DNA of 64,000 nucleotides from Candidatus Borrarchaeum yapensis (GCA_016840515.1 JAEOSF010000002.1:47918-111917), one strand, 5' to 3'; positions 30,066 to 41,026 are shown, counted from the first letter of the stretch. Notes: a model not told the origin generated them from the sequence alone. Made by a program: numbers and translations.

Positions 30066-31597
30066 TTTAGGACAGGAATCATAAAACGTCCGGTCGTTCT
30101 TCGCATATCTTCGTCAAGGGATACTTCATCAATTTGAACATATCCGTTCTCGTATACGTCGAGGATATTGAACACATTCCCCGCAAGCGAGAGCACTTTA
30201 GCGCTTGATAAACTGCCACAGTTGCTAATAATGGCGTCCTCAACTTGTACACTCCACGTTATGTGCTTATGACCTGTTAACACTAAATCCACTCCGCTTT
30301 TTCCAAGAGCAGATAATACCTCACCTGCATCAGTTAGGGAAGCAACGTGTTTGGTATTAGGAGCCGGAACGAGATGATGATGCATCGCTACAACGACAAT
30401 TTTTTGTTCTTTTGTGGCGTGAATTTCATCTAGAACTTTTTGCAGTGCGAATCTTCCAACAGAACCGACCTCTTCCTCAAGTAAACTGGTATTTATCCCG
30501 ATGATTTTCAGGTTCAGTGACTCCCATATTGGATCCATAGGACCTATCATCTCTGGGAACAGCTCCCACCCAATGGCGTAGCAATCTCGATGTCCGGGTA
30601 CAATTACTTTCGGTAACTGAATTTTACTTAATTTCTCAGCTGCTATCTTATAGCTCAATCGGTAGGCTTCATTCGTTACATCTCCAGTATGGACTATAAC
30701 GTCCGCCCCAGACTTATTGATTAATTCTACAGCTTTATCATACTTTGCTTCTTGAAATTCGCGTCCTTGGGTAAAATGAGTGTCAGAGACATGGACTATC
30801 CGACACAGTTTCTCGCCGCCAAAACGCAAAGCGGGATGATGACGATACTTTTTGGTAACTTTCTTTTCTTTATTCGTGTAGATTTGAATTCTGTTTGTTG
30901 TTACTTCCTCAGGAATGACGTTTATAATCGAGAAGGAATGAAGTTCACGATATCGTGTTTTATTAGCAGAAAAGGTTCCATTGTTGATTACAATCAGTTC
31001 ATGGCTACCGTCAGTTATTTTATAAACGTTAGAAATGTGGCGATGACCATTTATCACTATGTCCACATCGTAATCCAGCAAAACTTTTAACATATCTCCT
31101 GCATCATCGATAGTAGAACGCTCCCTTCCAGTATTGGGAATTGGGAGTAGATGATGATGAAACACAACTACTTTGATTAAATCGTCATCTAGTTGATCCA
31201 GTCTTTTAGAAAGAGTATGCCGAGATCGACGCCCAACACGTCCACTATTCTGATCTGGGATTGAACTGTCTAGTCCAGTGATATAAAACTTTGTCCCATC
31301 GATTTTTGTTTCCATCTCAAATTCCCTGTCTCCATAAAATTCCCCGTATAAGCGATCTCCTACATTTCTGGCATCATGATTTCCAGGAATGAAAATAAGT
31401 CTGTTTTTTATCGGTAGGAGGAGTTCTTCAGCTAATTTATAGTCTGCAAGTGTTCCTGATTCGACTATATCTCCTAAATGAAAATAAAAATCGGCTTTAA
31501 TAGAACCGATTAAGTCTATCCCCATTTTGAAAATATCTTTGTTAAACTCTTGACCTTCTGTGATGTGGGAGTCAGACATAATGACAAATCTTGCCAA
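30062..31597 (-). CDS. Tandem calcineurin-like metallophosphoesterase
   Basis: Two MPE repeats (FVIMSDSHI...GDIVESG...GNHD and IVHVSDTHF...GDVTNE...GHRD). The stop codon overlaps the element C right end. Confidence 0.6.
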   Translation of the reverse strand: MARFVIMSDSHITEGQEFNKDIFKMGIDLIGSIKADFYFHLGDIVESGTLADYKLAEELLLPIKNRLIFIPGNHDARNVGDRLYGEFYGDREFEMETKIDGTKFYITGLDSSIPDQNSGRVGRRSRHTLSKRLDQLDDDLIKVVVFHHHLLPIPNTGRERSTIDDAGDMLKVLLDYDVDIVINGHRHISNVYKITDGSHELIVINNGTFSANKTRYRELHSFSIINVIPEEVTTNRIQIYTNKEKKVTKKYRHHPALRFGGEKLCRIVHVSDTHFTQGREFQEAKYDKAVELINKSGADVIVHTGDVTNEAYRLSYKIAAEKLSKIQLPKVIVPGHRDCYAIGWELFPEMIGPMDPIWESLNLKIIGINTSLLEEEVGSVGRFALQKVLDEIHATKEQKIVVVAMHHHLVPAPNTKHVASLTDAGEVLSALGKSGVDLVLTGHKHITWSVQVEDAIISNCGSLSSAKVLSLAGNVFNILDVYENGYVQIDEVSLDEDMRRTTGRFMIPVLK

Positions 31598-31628
31598 AGT
31601 TGTTCCCTCTTTGCGTTTGAGGTGTTCT

Positions 31629-32546
31629 TCAGGTTGTTAATGGTGTTTTTATAAGCATTTCAATGCGTTCAAAAACTATATCCAAAATCTTTCTAATGGT
31701 AGTTTCGATTAGCATGTTTTCGATAAACGGGATACCATGTAATCTTGCCTGCTCTAAAAGATGGTCCTGTATTATTCGGATGCCATCAAAATGTTCTAAA
31801 TAATCCTCAAGTGGTTTTCTCATTACCTTCGTTTTCGCGCGCTCGTGGAATCTCATCATATGATCCTCCGCGTTTGAAAGATGAAGAAACACTGGTATAA
31901 TATTTGGTGATTTGAGTAGTTTTTGATCCATTATAGAAGGTAAGATGTGGACTCCATCAATAATAATACTTATACCTTCTGTTAATGCACGAGCAATCAC
32001 AGCTTCAATTCCTGAAACGACCAGTCGAGCTTGTTCCTCAAAACCAATGATGGTTTTATTGTAAATTGGACTTACATATTCTTTCATGGATTTGTGAGCA
32101 GCATATGAGGACGAGTGTAATGAAGGAATCAATTCTGAAGATAATACTTTTCGCATGACTTCTCGAATAGTATCAGTTCCAACTATATGGCTAATAGCTA
32201 GTCGTGATGCTAAATTCAATGCAATAGTAGACTTGCCAATTCCAGTAGCACCACCAATCAGAATGATCAGAGGTTCATACCTAATCTTAAATTTGAGAAA
32301 ATTACGAAATCGAGTAGCATAAAGTAGTTTGCCCTCTTTTTCGAGAATCTCGCCAACGAGTTCATTAAGTTCGACTTCTGTAAGTTCCCAGATATCCTGC
32401 AGTTCCAGTTCTAAAGCTATTGCTTCAGCGGTCTTATAAGCATCAACTAAGTCGAGACCAGTTACCATCATGCGTGTTGCTAACAAACCCCTACTGTAGG
32501 GATAATCATAAGTCTCTGTTTTGATCATTATGTGCTTTGCACCCAT
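31629..32546 (-). CDS. pgk2: 2-phosphoglycerate kinase
   Basis: P-loop IGGATGIGKST with the 2PGK family context. Adjacent to cDPG synthetase, as in thermophilic methanogens. Confidence 0.55.
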   Translation of the reverse strand: MGAKHIMIKTETYDYPYSRGLLATRMMVTGLDLVDAYKTAEAIALELELQDIWELTEVELNELVGEILEKEGKLLYATRFRNFLKFKIRYEPLIILIGGATGIGKSTIALNLASRLAISHIVGTDTIREVMRKVLSSELIPSLHSSSYAAHKSMKEYVSPIYNKTIIGFEEQARLVVSGIEAVIARALTEGISIIIDGVHILPSIMDQKLLKSPNIIPVFLHLSNAEDHMMRFHERAKTKVMRKPLEDYLEHFDGIRIIQDHLLEQARLHGIPFIENMLIETTIRKILDIVFERIEMLIKTPLTT

Positions 32547-32583
32547 TACTTCACCTCTCTTGTCTCTGGAAGCCCCCTACTCT

Positions 32584-33963
32584 TCAGGGTGGGGTAGTTG
32601 ACCCTCCTTTTACAATCCGGTTCGTGATCTCAATAAGATACGAATCAAGCTCTTGAATTGAATTTATTTCTCCGTCAGCATACTCCACTATCTGGAGTTC
32701 ATTATCACAATAGATAGTTGGCTTTCCCATCTGGAACGCAGTCTTAGTCGCTACATCAACAGCCGAAGCCTTTAATTCAGTCACAAGGACATCCGCTTGA
32801 GTTAATTTCTTAAGATCTTCCTTCAATTTAGCGCGATCTGAGAGATGCACACTTGTTCCTAATATATTACAATTGTAATTTTGCTCTAAATAGTTAACTA
32901 CAATTTTCATAACTTCAATAGGCATTGTTGTAGCATAAAACACAGTTTTATTCTTTATATTACCTAAAACTTTAGGACGAAAAGTTGTACAACATATCTT
33001 AATCTTTGGATTTATCTCTTTTATAGTGGTGCAGATTTCTTGAATCTTATCATCAGTCGCAAGGGGAGTTTCGCAATTTGTTATAATCGCAAGTTCGGAA
33101 AGTTTTATCCTATAGGGATTCAAAACATCTTTAACGTTAGAAAGAGGTTGTTGTGCACCGATTACAATAATAAAGGACTGCGCCATCACTGGAGGAATAC
33201 TTGGTCCGCTACCTTCGGCAATGATTAAATCGATAGTTAATTTTTCAGCGGTTCTGACTCCTTCTTCTACATTATCCAGGAAGGGTGCCCCTGCTAACCC
33301 TCCTGCACATCTTCTGCAACCTATCGTTATAACTCTACTAGTTAGAGCATCTTCCCAATAATCACTGGCTGCGTGTTTGCCCTGTCGCGCAACTTTAAGA
33401 AGAGATTCCGCGTTGACAATTAATTGGTCGCCTCGGATCAATTCAGGAGTTTCTGGACCTCCTCTGCCCATAGTAAGTATGCAAGGTGTCCATTTCGTTT
33501 CTTTGATAACACGTGCAATGTAACCTGCAACAGCTGTTTTCCCAACTCGTTTTCCTGTACCAATAACACTTATTACAGGTTTTCTAGCTTCTATAAAGTC
33601 AATGGGGATGAACTGAAAGTCTGCGCCTTTATAACTACATCCTTCAAATAAAGCGGCGCACGCAAAATCCATTCGATCTAGAGAAGTCACTACGGGTTCA
33701 CCACTAAGATCGAAGACAGAATTGATCTTGCGCTGCTTTATTATTTTGTGTAAAACTGCCTCGAAATTACTCTTTTTGTCAAGAAAATAAATGGGTAAGT
33801 TCAGATATTGCTCAATTTCATTAAGATCTCCAATTTTTTCGGTGCCGCCTAGAAATAACGCAGCAACAACTTCTTGATCTGGCAAATTATTTAACTTTTC
33901 TATCGCTGCTTTCGTGACAGGCAAGTAGTGTTCCCCATCAATGCAGGCAAGTATTTTTTCCAT
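32584..33963 (-). CDS. cpgS: Cyclic 2,3-diphosphoglycerate synthetase
   Basis: 459 aa. N-terminal CIDGEHY motif and P-loop GTGKRVGKT. Size and pairing with 2PGK are both consistent. Confidence 0.5.
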   Translation of the reverse strand: MEKILACIDGEHYLPVTKAAIEKLNNLPDQEVVAALFLGGTEKIGDLNEIEQYLNLPIYFLDKKSNFEAVLHKIIKQRKINSVFDLSGEPVVTSLDRMDFACAALFEGCSYKGADFQFIPIDFIEARKPVISVIGTGKRVGKTAVAGYIARVIKETKWTPCILTMGRGGPETPELIRGDQLIVNAESLLKVARQGKHAASDYWEDALTSRVITIGCRRCAGGLAGAPFLDNVEEGVRTAEKLTIDLIIAEGSGPSIPPVMAQSFIIVIGAQQPLSNVKDVLNPYRIKLSELAIITNCETPLATDDKIQEICTTIKEINPKIKICCTTFRPKVLGNIKNKTVFYATTMPIEVMKIVVNYLEQNYNCNILGTSVHLSDRAKLKEDLKKLTQADVLVTELKASAVDVATKTAFQMGKPTIYCDNELQIVEYADGEINSIQELDSYLIEITNRIVKGGSTTPP

Positions 33964-34087
33964 AATTTAATTGTGTTCATATTCATCTTAAAGATTTTTA
34001 GATTTTCTAATTAATGACTAATTGAGCTTATGATCTCAAAGCTTAAAATGATGAATTAATCAGAAGGGATTATAAAGAAGTATAACA

Positions 34088-34858
34088 CTAAGAGAAATCT
34101 TTGTATTTTGTAAGGGGCAAGCCAAGTTCTTGGAACACTTGCACTGCCTTGCCTGGGTAATTCGTTAGAATTCCGTCAATTTTAAGATCTTTCAAAAGAT
34201 GTTTCATTTCCTCTGGGTCATCTGAGTAAAAGAAATTAACTCTGATTCCCTGTTCATGAAATCGATCAATCCATTCACTAGTTAACGCTGTTCTTCTAAT
34301 TTGAACAAATGGAAGGTCCCACTTACAACAAAGATCAAATGTTTCTTTTGGGGTTCTTCCTTTCTGTAATAGGCCCAAAGGACAGTCAGGTGCCCGTTTT
34401 TTCACGAACGAAATGATTTCAACATGTTTGATAGCGAGATATCCTCTACTGGGAAGATCATATTGCAAGGCAACTTCAAGAACTGATCCTTCAAACCAAT
34501 CATCCTTCGGAGAATAATATTTAAGCTCTAAATTCAATTTCATTGATCGCGGAAGTTGTTCCAAGACGTCCCTAAGAAGCGGAATCTTTGTTCCCTCCCA
34601 CTTAGGGGCTTTCCAACGACCTACATCATATTGGATAACTTCTTGCCATGATAAGTCAGTGATCTTTTTTGGAACACCAAGAATACGTTCCATAGTATTA
34701 TCGTGGAATAAGACCAATTTTTTATCCGCTGTTGGTTGAATGTCCATTTCAACACAAGTTGCACCCAATTCAACTGCTCCTAAGAAAGAAGGAAGAGTAT
34801 TTTCTGGATAATAACCTGACGCTCCTCGGTGAGCTATAATCCAAGGCAATTGAGTCAT
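34088..34858 (-). CDS. ugpQ: Glycerophosphodiester phosphodiesterase
   Basis: IAHRGASGYYPENT... HR motif and E/D ligands of the GDPD family. Confidence 0.65.
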   Translation of the reverse strand: MTQLPWIIAHRGASGYYPENTLPSFLGAVELGATCVEMDIQPTADKKLVLFHDNTMERILGVPKKITDLSWQEVIQYDVGRWKAPKWEGTKIPLLRDVLEQLPRSMKLNLELKYYSPKDDWFEGSVLEVALQYDLPSRGYLAIKHVEIISFVKKRAPDCPLGLLQKGRTPKETFDLCCKWDLPFVQIRRTALTSEWIDRFHEQGIRVNFFYSDDPEEMKHLLKDLKIDGILTNYPGKAVQVFQELGLPLTKYKDFS

Positions 34859-34915
34859 TTCTTAACCTTCATCTTTTCTTTTAAAATAAAAAAAAGAGTA
34901 GACAAAAAAAGTCTT

Positions 34916-37879
34916 TTACTCGATTGGCATTCTATACGCCGCTTCATTGTTTGCGCCACAAGCCGGGCAAATTACAGTTTCCATGACATTATACGGTTCA
35001 CCACAATCCATACACAATTGTGGGGCTGTTTCGTCTACTGAGATCTTGTAACCAAGTCCATCCTTTTTCTCTGCTTTTAGGTTAAATCCCGTCCCAGGTT
35101 CTTTTATTGGTGGAACGAAATCTTTTTCCCTATAAAAGTATTTAATATCAATTGCACTGCCGGTTCCAACATTCTTAGTACTTGCACATCCGTAAGGATA
35201 TCTAAAGAAGTTAAAGTCTGTTGCTGCCATTTGTTTTCCACAGATCCCTTTAGCTGGACCTCCAACATCGACAAAATATTTCCCAAGCACTTTTGTACGA
35301 GCCTTCATTCCATCAGTGGTTTTTGCTTCTCTCTCCTTTGCGCCCTTAGTCTTTAATCCTAAAGAAGAGCCAATTGAGTCAAACGCTCGACCGATACCTG
35401 ATTTCGCTGCACCAATTGCATATTTAATTACCGCACTCGCTGCTCCCGCACCCTCGAATTGAGCTACAAATGCGTCATATGTAGCCTTACGGAGAACCGA
35501 AGGTATGGGTGTGTGGAAGTTCGTTGCAAACGTGACCTTAATCATTATTTCTTCATCCAGTTCTGGTACCCTGTACCAAAGTTCGCGCCAATGATAATCT
35601 GAGATGATCCACTCTGGCTTCCCCGTATTCGCATTGACCCACAACTCGATCCTTTCCCAGTCCTCGTGCTCCAATCCTTTACTGCCAACGGTAAGCTCAA
35701 AGGGCCACCAAAAGAGGTTTCTAAAGACCCAATACTGGTCCCCCTTAAGCCAGACAGGCGCATCTTCCTGAGATTGCATTGGAAAAGCTTCGGGTCTCTT
35801 ATCATACCAATAGAGGTTCATGTTTTCTGAGCCAAGCACTTGAACAGATCCTATGCCTAAGATGAAGTTTATGAGAAGCATTATATATAGGCCGTTAGTT
35901 TCGAATCGGATCAGATCTTCGTTAGCTCCTGTAACAATGAACGTCCCCAGACTGTTAACCGTGTAGGTTATGTACAGCATGATTACGACAATGATTAAAG
36001 CTACGATTAAGAAGCTAGATGAAGCTTCTGGTCGCTCGTTTACTGTTTGTTCGAATAAGCCGTACCACTTGAACATAAAGAAGAACAAGAAGATAAGAAC
36101 AACTATCTGGGTAACTGCAAGTCCTAGAAATTCGATTCCACCGCCAATTACTGTGAAATTAACGTAGATACTATAGCCTACAAGTACCAATGTGACAGCC
36201 AACAGCACATAAATGATTGGACGCATCGCGGTAACTAACGTACGCTGAAATACTAGATTCATTGGACTCCATACTGGGGAATATTTGTCAGCTAGTACCT
36301 TTGGATCATAAAAGTCTCCGATGTGCTTATTATTGTATTCAACTCTTGCTTTTTCTGAACCCTTAATCGGCTGGACGCCTATCGATTTCAAAGGCTTTGG
36401 AACCGTCTCCCAGTGCTTACTTCTGTCCATGTAGCGAAAAGAAACGTATTCACCGAATCTTGGTAAGTCAGTCTGTTTTAGATCAAGGTCTAAAATTTGA
36501 TCCAAATCTAACTTGAATTGTTCAGCGTTCTCAAATTCGTTTTCTTTGTTCTTTCCGTGAATGAAGTAGTTTGACCATAAGTCGCGGAACAGATATGCCG
36601 TTCTGAATCTCTTTGCTAAATCTCCTTCCTCAGGAATCTCTGTATATGCCATTGTAAAGTAGTTTCCAACTGAACCCCATAGACCACCCCATAGAGCTGC
36701 TAATACAAGTAGCAAACCATTGACCACATAGATGGATATCTCTGGAGGTGAATAGCGAATCAATGGAACAAATGGAAAGCCAATAAGCCCGATGATCTCA
36801 AGAGATGGATCGCCTTGAATGATTGCACTGAAATATGAAAGGCTAGTAGTGATACCAATGAGCAGTCCTTGCCAGAAATGGGCACTACGAAAAGCTATGG
36901 GTGTTACAATGAGTGACGGAACGAGAAATATCAGCACCTGACGTAAAACAATGTTTTGAACACCGCTTGGGAAATATATGGCGATGGCAAAATACGATAC
37001 GAGTGCTCCAAGTAACGCAACGATCCATAGAGCTAACACTAGTTTCATCTTGATAAAGTCTTGAAACGAATTCATGATATATTTTGTGAAGTTAAACTGG
37101 TTGAAAAATCCTCCAGCAAAGCCAGAAATTATGAATAGAACTAAGATTTGAATGTACCATCCGTCAGGGGGTATAACTTCCGTATCCCAGAAAAATAGCC
37201 ACAAACCGACAAGCGTACCAATCGCACCGAACACACCAACAATTATTCCTTCGACAAGCCCAGTTTCTACAGGCATAATTGTTCCAAGGATTATTGCAAG
37301 TAGCCCTGCAACAGCGAAAACCACTGCCCAGACATAAGGACCTATAAGTACTGGATACTCAAGTGACCCAGTAAATACAGCAGGAGGTAGCAGAAGACCT
37401 ATTAATACAAAGATGACTCCACATGCAAAGAAATCAATTGCCCATTGCCACATTTCATAGCCGCCGATGACTTTATCTTTAAGTGGAGAATTGAGGAGTG
37501 CAAATACCCCTGCAATAACAACTAATACAACTGCTGTGATAAAAGGTCTGTAGAGGACAAATTCAAGGGTGCTAACTACCATTAACCCCGCTGTAATTAG
37601 TACAATGACGCCCAAGGTACGCAAAATGTTTTTCCATTTTTCGGCTTCTGGCAAAAGCGTCATTACGAAGACGATGAGCGGTAGTGCAAGCGTGACATTA
37701 TATGCGAAATCGGGGAAAGTAAATATATCGTAGTAGGGCCAATTTTCTGCGTAAAGACCAATGAAGAATAGGTAATCAATTATGTTGTCTAGCCATGCAA
37801 ACCATGCGACAAACGCTACTATAATGTATACAATTATTTTTCTTCCTGAAAAGTACGATGAAACTCCCATTTTCGTCAA
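34916..37879 (-). CDS. Large polytopic membrane protein (987 aa) with C-terminal cytoplasmic domain and zinc ribbon
   Basis: About 20 predicted TM helices in the first ~650 aa. C-terminal CMDCGEPYNVMETVICPACG zinc ribbon. Oligo-T terminator downstream. Confidence 0.5.
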   Translation of the reverse strand: MTKMGVSSYFSGRKIIVYIIVAFVAWFAWLDNIIDYLFFIGLYAENWPYYDIFTFPDFAYNVTLALPLIVFVMTLLPEAEKWKNILRTLGVIVLITAGLMVVSTLEFVLYRPFITAVVLVVIAGVFALLNSPLKDKVIGGYEMWQWAIDFFACGVIFVLIGLLLPPAVFTGSLEYPVLIGPYVWAVVFAVAGLLAIILGTIMPVETGLVEGIIVGVFGAIGTLVGLWLFFWDTEVIPPDGWYIQILVLFIISGFAGGFFNQFNFTKYIMNSFQDFIKMKLVLALWIVALLGALVSYFAIAIYFPSGVQNIVLRQVLIFLVPSLIVTPIAFRSAHFWQGLLIGITTSLSYFSAIIQGDPSLEIIGLIGFPFVPLIRYSPPEISIYVVNGLLLVLAALWGGLWGSVGNYFTMAYTEIPEEGDLAKRFRTAYLFRDLWSNYFIHGKNKENEFENAEQFKLDLDQILDLDLKQTDLPRFGEYVSFRYMDRSKHWETVPKPLKSIGVQPIKGSEKARVEYNNKHIGDFYDPKVLADKYSPVWSPMNLVFQRTLVTAMRPIIYVLLAVTLVLVGYSIYVNFTVIGGGIEFLGLAVTQIVVLIFLFFFMFKWYGLFEQTVNERPEASSSFLIVALIIVVIMLYITYTVNSLGTFIVTGANEDLIRFETNGLYIMLLINFILGIGSVQVLGSENMNLYWYDKRPEAFPMQSQEDAPVWLKGDQYWVFRNLFWWPFELTVGSKGLEHEDWERIELWVNANTGKPEWIISDYHWRELWYRVPELDEEIMIKVTFATNFHTPIPSVLRKATYDAFVAQFEGAGAASAVIKYAIGAAKSGIGRAFDSIGSSLGLKTKGAKEREAKTTDGMKARTKVLGKYFVDVGGPAKGICGKQMAATDFNFFRYPYGCASTKNVGTGSAIDIKYFYREKDFVPPIKEPGTGFNLKAEKKDGLGYKISVDETAPQLCMDCGEPYNVMETVICPACGANNEAAYRMPIE

Positions 37880-38302
37880 CCTTCTCCTAAATTTCTTTTA
37901 TGTTTAATTTTATAGAAGTTCTAATTTCTAACGTGGAAAAACTCCTATATATTCATGTCGAAATGTTGCGTCTGACATGAAAATCAAAAACCCTTGAAAA
38001 AACTATGTCAAATTAGTTGATCCGGTTGTTGGAAGAATGAATACGTTATCTTCCAATAAATCGGTTTTTTTTTTTCGACATTTAAACAATTCAACATTGA
38101 TATATTTGTCGTAAATTAGTTGATGTAAAATAATAACTTTTATGATTGATGCAGTATTCGGTATATCGACCAGGGCATGTTTTTCGCGAGATTGAAACAA
38201 TTATAATTGAAGTGCGGAGACTTTTCTCAAAAATTTTAAATACTACCAGAACGTCAGTTTAAATAGAGTACCACTAATGTGGTACTAAAACGAAAATAAC
38301 AA

Positions 38303-39814
38303 TTGGCAAAAAACTGGAGGACTAAAACATTGCCGGCATGTCCTAGTTGCAGAAGAACACTAAGAGAAGGTCTAAGATTCTGTACTTATTGTGGCTCACC
38401 ACTTGTTCCACGCTTTAGAAAAACTCCAATAAAGCTGACATCAACGAAATTTATTGAAGAAGGTAAGAAAAAAGAAAAATTGGCTAATTACATTTGTGTA
38501 CACTGCGGAAAATTCGCTAACTTTTACTGTCCTGAACATGGCATGTTTTGCAAGAATTGTGCATCTAAAAAAATTTCATTCTGTCCATCTTGTGGGATAG
38601 GATTTCAATCAGCGCCACCTAATGCTAAATGCCAGACTATATTAAATTCATTGTGCCCTCAATGTGGTAAGCAACTGGTTCTTGCGCAATTTCAAAAAGG
38701 AGGCGTCTTTGACTCATCTGCTCCTGATTATAAAGTTATGTGTGTAGCTTGTGGGTGGGAGTCTTCAAAATCAAAGCCAAAAATCATTGAAGATAGCATG
38801 GCTGACATATTTAATCAACTAAATAAGAAAAAGTTGGTTAAAGCTGGAGCCCATCCTGTTTTATGCAGCAGAAATCTAGTGAATACCGGTTGTCCTGTTT
38901 GTAATCGTATGGGAATCCCTATTCTTAGGGTATTGCCGGGTATAAATGTTGAAACTGTTGAGGCAATTAAAGTTGGAAATAAGATCCCACTTGTTTTGAC
39001 TATAACAGCAAAATTACCAACTGAGTTGAAATTACACTTCCCTATTTTGAATAAAGACATTTCAGCTGCATTAAAGAAAGATGAAAGTAAAGAAATAGAA
39101 TTAGAACTGCCAGCAGGTGAAGTTGGTATATTTTCGATACGTGCCCAAGCTACTATAACTGCAGGGAATTTTCAACTAACATCTACAGATGTCAATCTCA
39201 CGCCAATATTCGTTCTACCTAACATTGAGATAGAAAGAGAAGCTAAGGCGTTATATATTGACCATGAAGGGCTTATTTCGGTAGATATCCGTAATAAATC
39301 AGATTTCGAAGTTACTAATATTCAGGTCAAAACAGATTTTCCGTCTGAATTTAAAGAAGGAAAAGGTAATGGGAAGCAAATAGAGAGAATTCGTCCTGGT
39401 ACATATAGAGCCATTGACTTCAAGGTTACACCAACAGTTGGTGGATTGTATTCCTTAAATCCCACTAAGGTTCTTTTTAATGCCCCTAAAATCTTTAAAT
39501 CTCAAAAATTTGTTATTTACAGCGAGCGACTTACTATTGAGATCGGTAGAGCATATATGGATATCGTAGATCCAGTTACGGCTGCTGCGGCTTCAGCAGG
39601 GACTAATTCCAAACCAACTGGAATGATCATTAAGGAGAGAATTATCGAGAAGAAAGAAGAAGTCGTATTAATAAAGACCGTTCCCACAAGCTGTTCAGAA
39701 TGTGGTGCGCCTTTGAGCGAGGAAAGCGTGGATTGGGTAGGACCCGAGAAATTCAAGTGTCCAACTTGTGGAAGCACATTAAGTATGAAACTTGAAAGAC
39801 AAAAGTCGGTTTAA
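38303..39814 (+). CDS. Multi-zinc-ribbon protein with predicted beta-sandwich domains
   Basis: At least six CxxC...CxxC pairs in the first 200 aa and another at the C-terminus. The middle region shows an alternating beta pattern. Confidence 0.5.
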   Translation: MAKNWRTKTLPACPSCRRTLREGLRFCTYCGSPLVPRFRKTPIKLTSTKFIEEGKKKEKLANYICVHCGKFANFYCPEHGMFCKNCASKKISFCPSCGIGFQSAPPNAKCQTILNSLCPQCGKQLVLAQFQKGGVFDSSAPDYKVMCVACGWESSKSKPKIIEDSMADIFNQLNKKKLVKAGAHPVLCSRNLVNTGCPVCNRMGIPILRVLPGINVETVEAIKVGNKIPLVLTITAKLPTELKLHFPILNKDISAALKKDESKEIELELPAGEVGIFSIRAQATITAGNFQLTSTDVNLTPIFVLPNIEIEREAKALYIDHEGLISVDIRNKSDFEVTNIQVKTDFPSEFKEGKGNGKQIERIRPGTYRAIDFKVTPTVGGLYSLNPTKVLFNAPKIFKSQKFVIYSERLTIEIGRAYMDIVDPVTAAAASAGTNSKPTGMIIKERIIEKKEEVVLIKTVPTSCSECGAPLSEESVDWVGPEKFKCPTCGSTLSMKLERQKSV

Positions 39815-39848
39815 ATAGAAAAAGAATTGAAAAAAAGGAGTGTGACCC

Positions 39849-41009
39849 ATGGAAAGGCTTAGAAAAATTAAGAATTATTTCAAATGGATTAAGCCTGGCT
39901 GGAGGAAGGAGATGCGAGAAAATTATGATCGTGTCTTAAAAGAAAAGATGTTAAATAGTTTGAAAAACTCAGATGAGCTATTAGGAGAGATCCAGAAAGC
40001 TTCGGTAGACTTAGGCAATGATGATGTATTAAAGTTAGGCGAAAGATTAAGAAAGAAATTGAACAGATTTCAACAAGACGTTGAGTTGATGGCCCCAATT
40101 TTTGAGGTCGAAAAACTCCATAAACAAAGCAAGACTGCTGATGGCCCAACAAAGTTTGATGTTACGTTAGAATCAGAGACATTCAAAAACCTTGTTGGAA
40201 TAGATATGCTTACTTTATTTGAAGTAGATTCAATAACTGAAATTTTTCGAGAAACTTTACTTCCTAAGGTAGAAGATGGTAATGCTGAAGACGCAAAGAA
40301 AGCTCTAAGAGAAATAAAGAGTGAGATGGATGATGTAGTGAGTCTTTTCAAAAAGAGGAATGATTTATTGTTAGGTGTGACCCCAGCAGATCACATTTAC
40401 CAAGCAATACCTGGTAGATGGCATGATGTATACAAAAATATCGAAGAAATCCTTGACGAAAAATTATGGCAAATGAAACATCGAGAAAAGGACAAAGTCA
40501 GAGAAGTTAGAAAAGCAATGGAAGACGAAAAAGCAAAAAAACCAAGACTTTTTGGCAAAGGCGACTATTATGAGAAACTTGGTGAAGAAATTCTTAAACT
40601 CAAAGATATGATCAAAAATGAAACAGGAGGCATCTGTTCGCTAGCAGATCTTTACATGAAAATGCGTGAGCGTAGATTAGACATAGAATTCAATGTAAAT
40701 GATATTGAAAAAGCAGTTAAAAAATTAGATAAAGCAGGAATGATAGCTAATATGCATGTATTACCTTCAGGCTTAAAACTAATAGAATTTGTGCCAGTTG
40801 GCATGACAGAAGATTCACGAACAGTACTTGAGATTGCTTCAACCTCTAATGGCTATATTTCCCTTGAAGATCTGATGATAAAAACACAATGGGACAATGA
40901 ACGCGTAATGCGTGCTTTACAAACCCTTGAGCAAGAAGGAGTTACCCGACGTGATTCAAGTTATGCTGGAGGCACAGCTTGGTATGTACCAAGCCTATAT
41001 AAAGGATAA
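39849..41009 (+). CDS. Coiled-coil protein with C-terminal tandem winged-helix, EAP30 (ESCRT-II Vps22/Vps36)-like
   Basis: C-terminal GGICSLADLYMKMRER...DIEKAVKKLDKAGMIANMHVLPSGLKLIEF (WH1) then ISLEDLMIKTQWDNERVMRALQTLEQEGVTRRDSSYAGGTAWYVPSLY (WH2), with an ending reminiscent of the ...YWFPSLF motif of Vps22/36. Confidence 0.45.
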   Translation: MERLRKIKNYFKWIKPGWRKEMRENYDRVLKEKMLNSLKNSDELLGEIQKASVDLGNDDVLKLGERLRKKLNRFQQDVELMAPIFEVEKLHKQSKTADGPTKFDVTLESETFKNLVGIDMLTLFEVDSITEIFRETLLPKVEDGNAEDAKKALREIKSEMDDVVSLFKKRNDLLLGVTPADHIYQAIPGRWHDVYKNIEEILDEKLWQMKHREKDKVREVRKAMEDEKAKKPRLFGKGDYYEKLGEEILKLKDMIKNETGGICSLADLYMKMRERRLDIEFNVNDIEKAVKKLDKAGMIANMHVLPSGLKLIEFVPVGMTEDSRTVLEIASTSNGYISLEDLMIKTQWDNERVMRALQTLEQEGVTRRDSSYAGGTAWYVPSLYKG

Positions 41010-41026
41010 GGAGAGGATGGAGAGAA

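Noticed and set aside
35104-37337. Several 60-90-aa ORFs on both strands within 34916..37879
   Set aside because: They are embedded in the long membrane-protein frame and are spurious.
38030-38060. Poly-T tract (11 T) and AT-rich 420-bp intergenic region
   Set aside because: No repeat-spacer periodicity. It is most likely a terminator or promoter region for divergent genes, not a CRISPR or an RNA gene that I can support.
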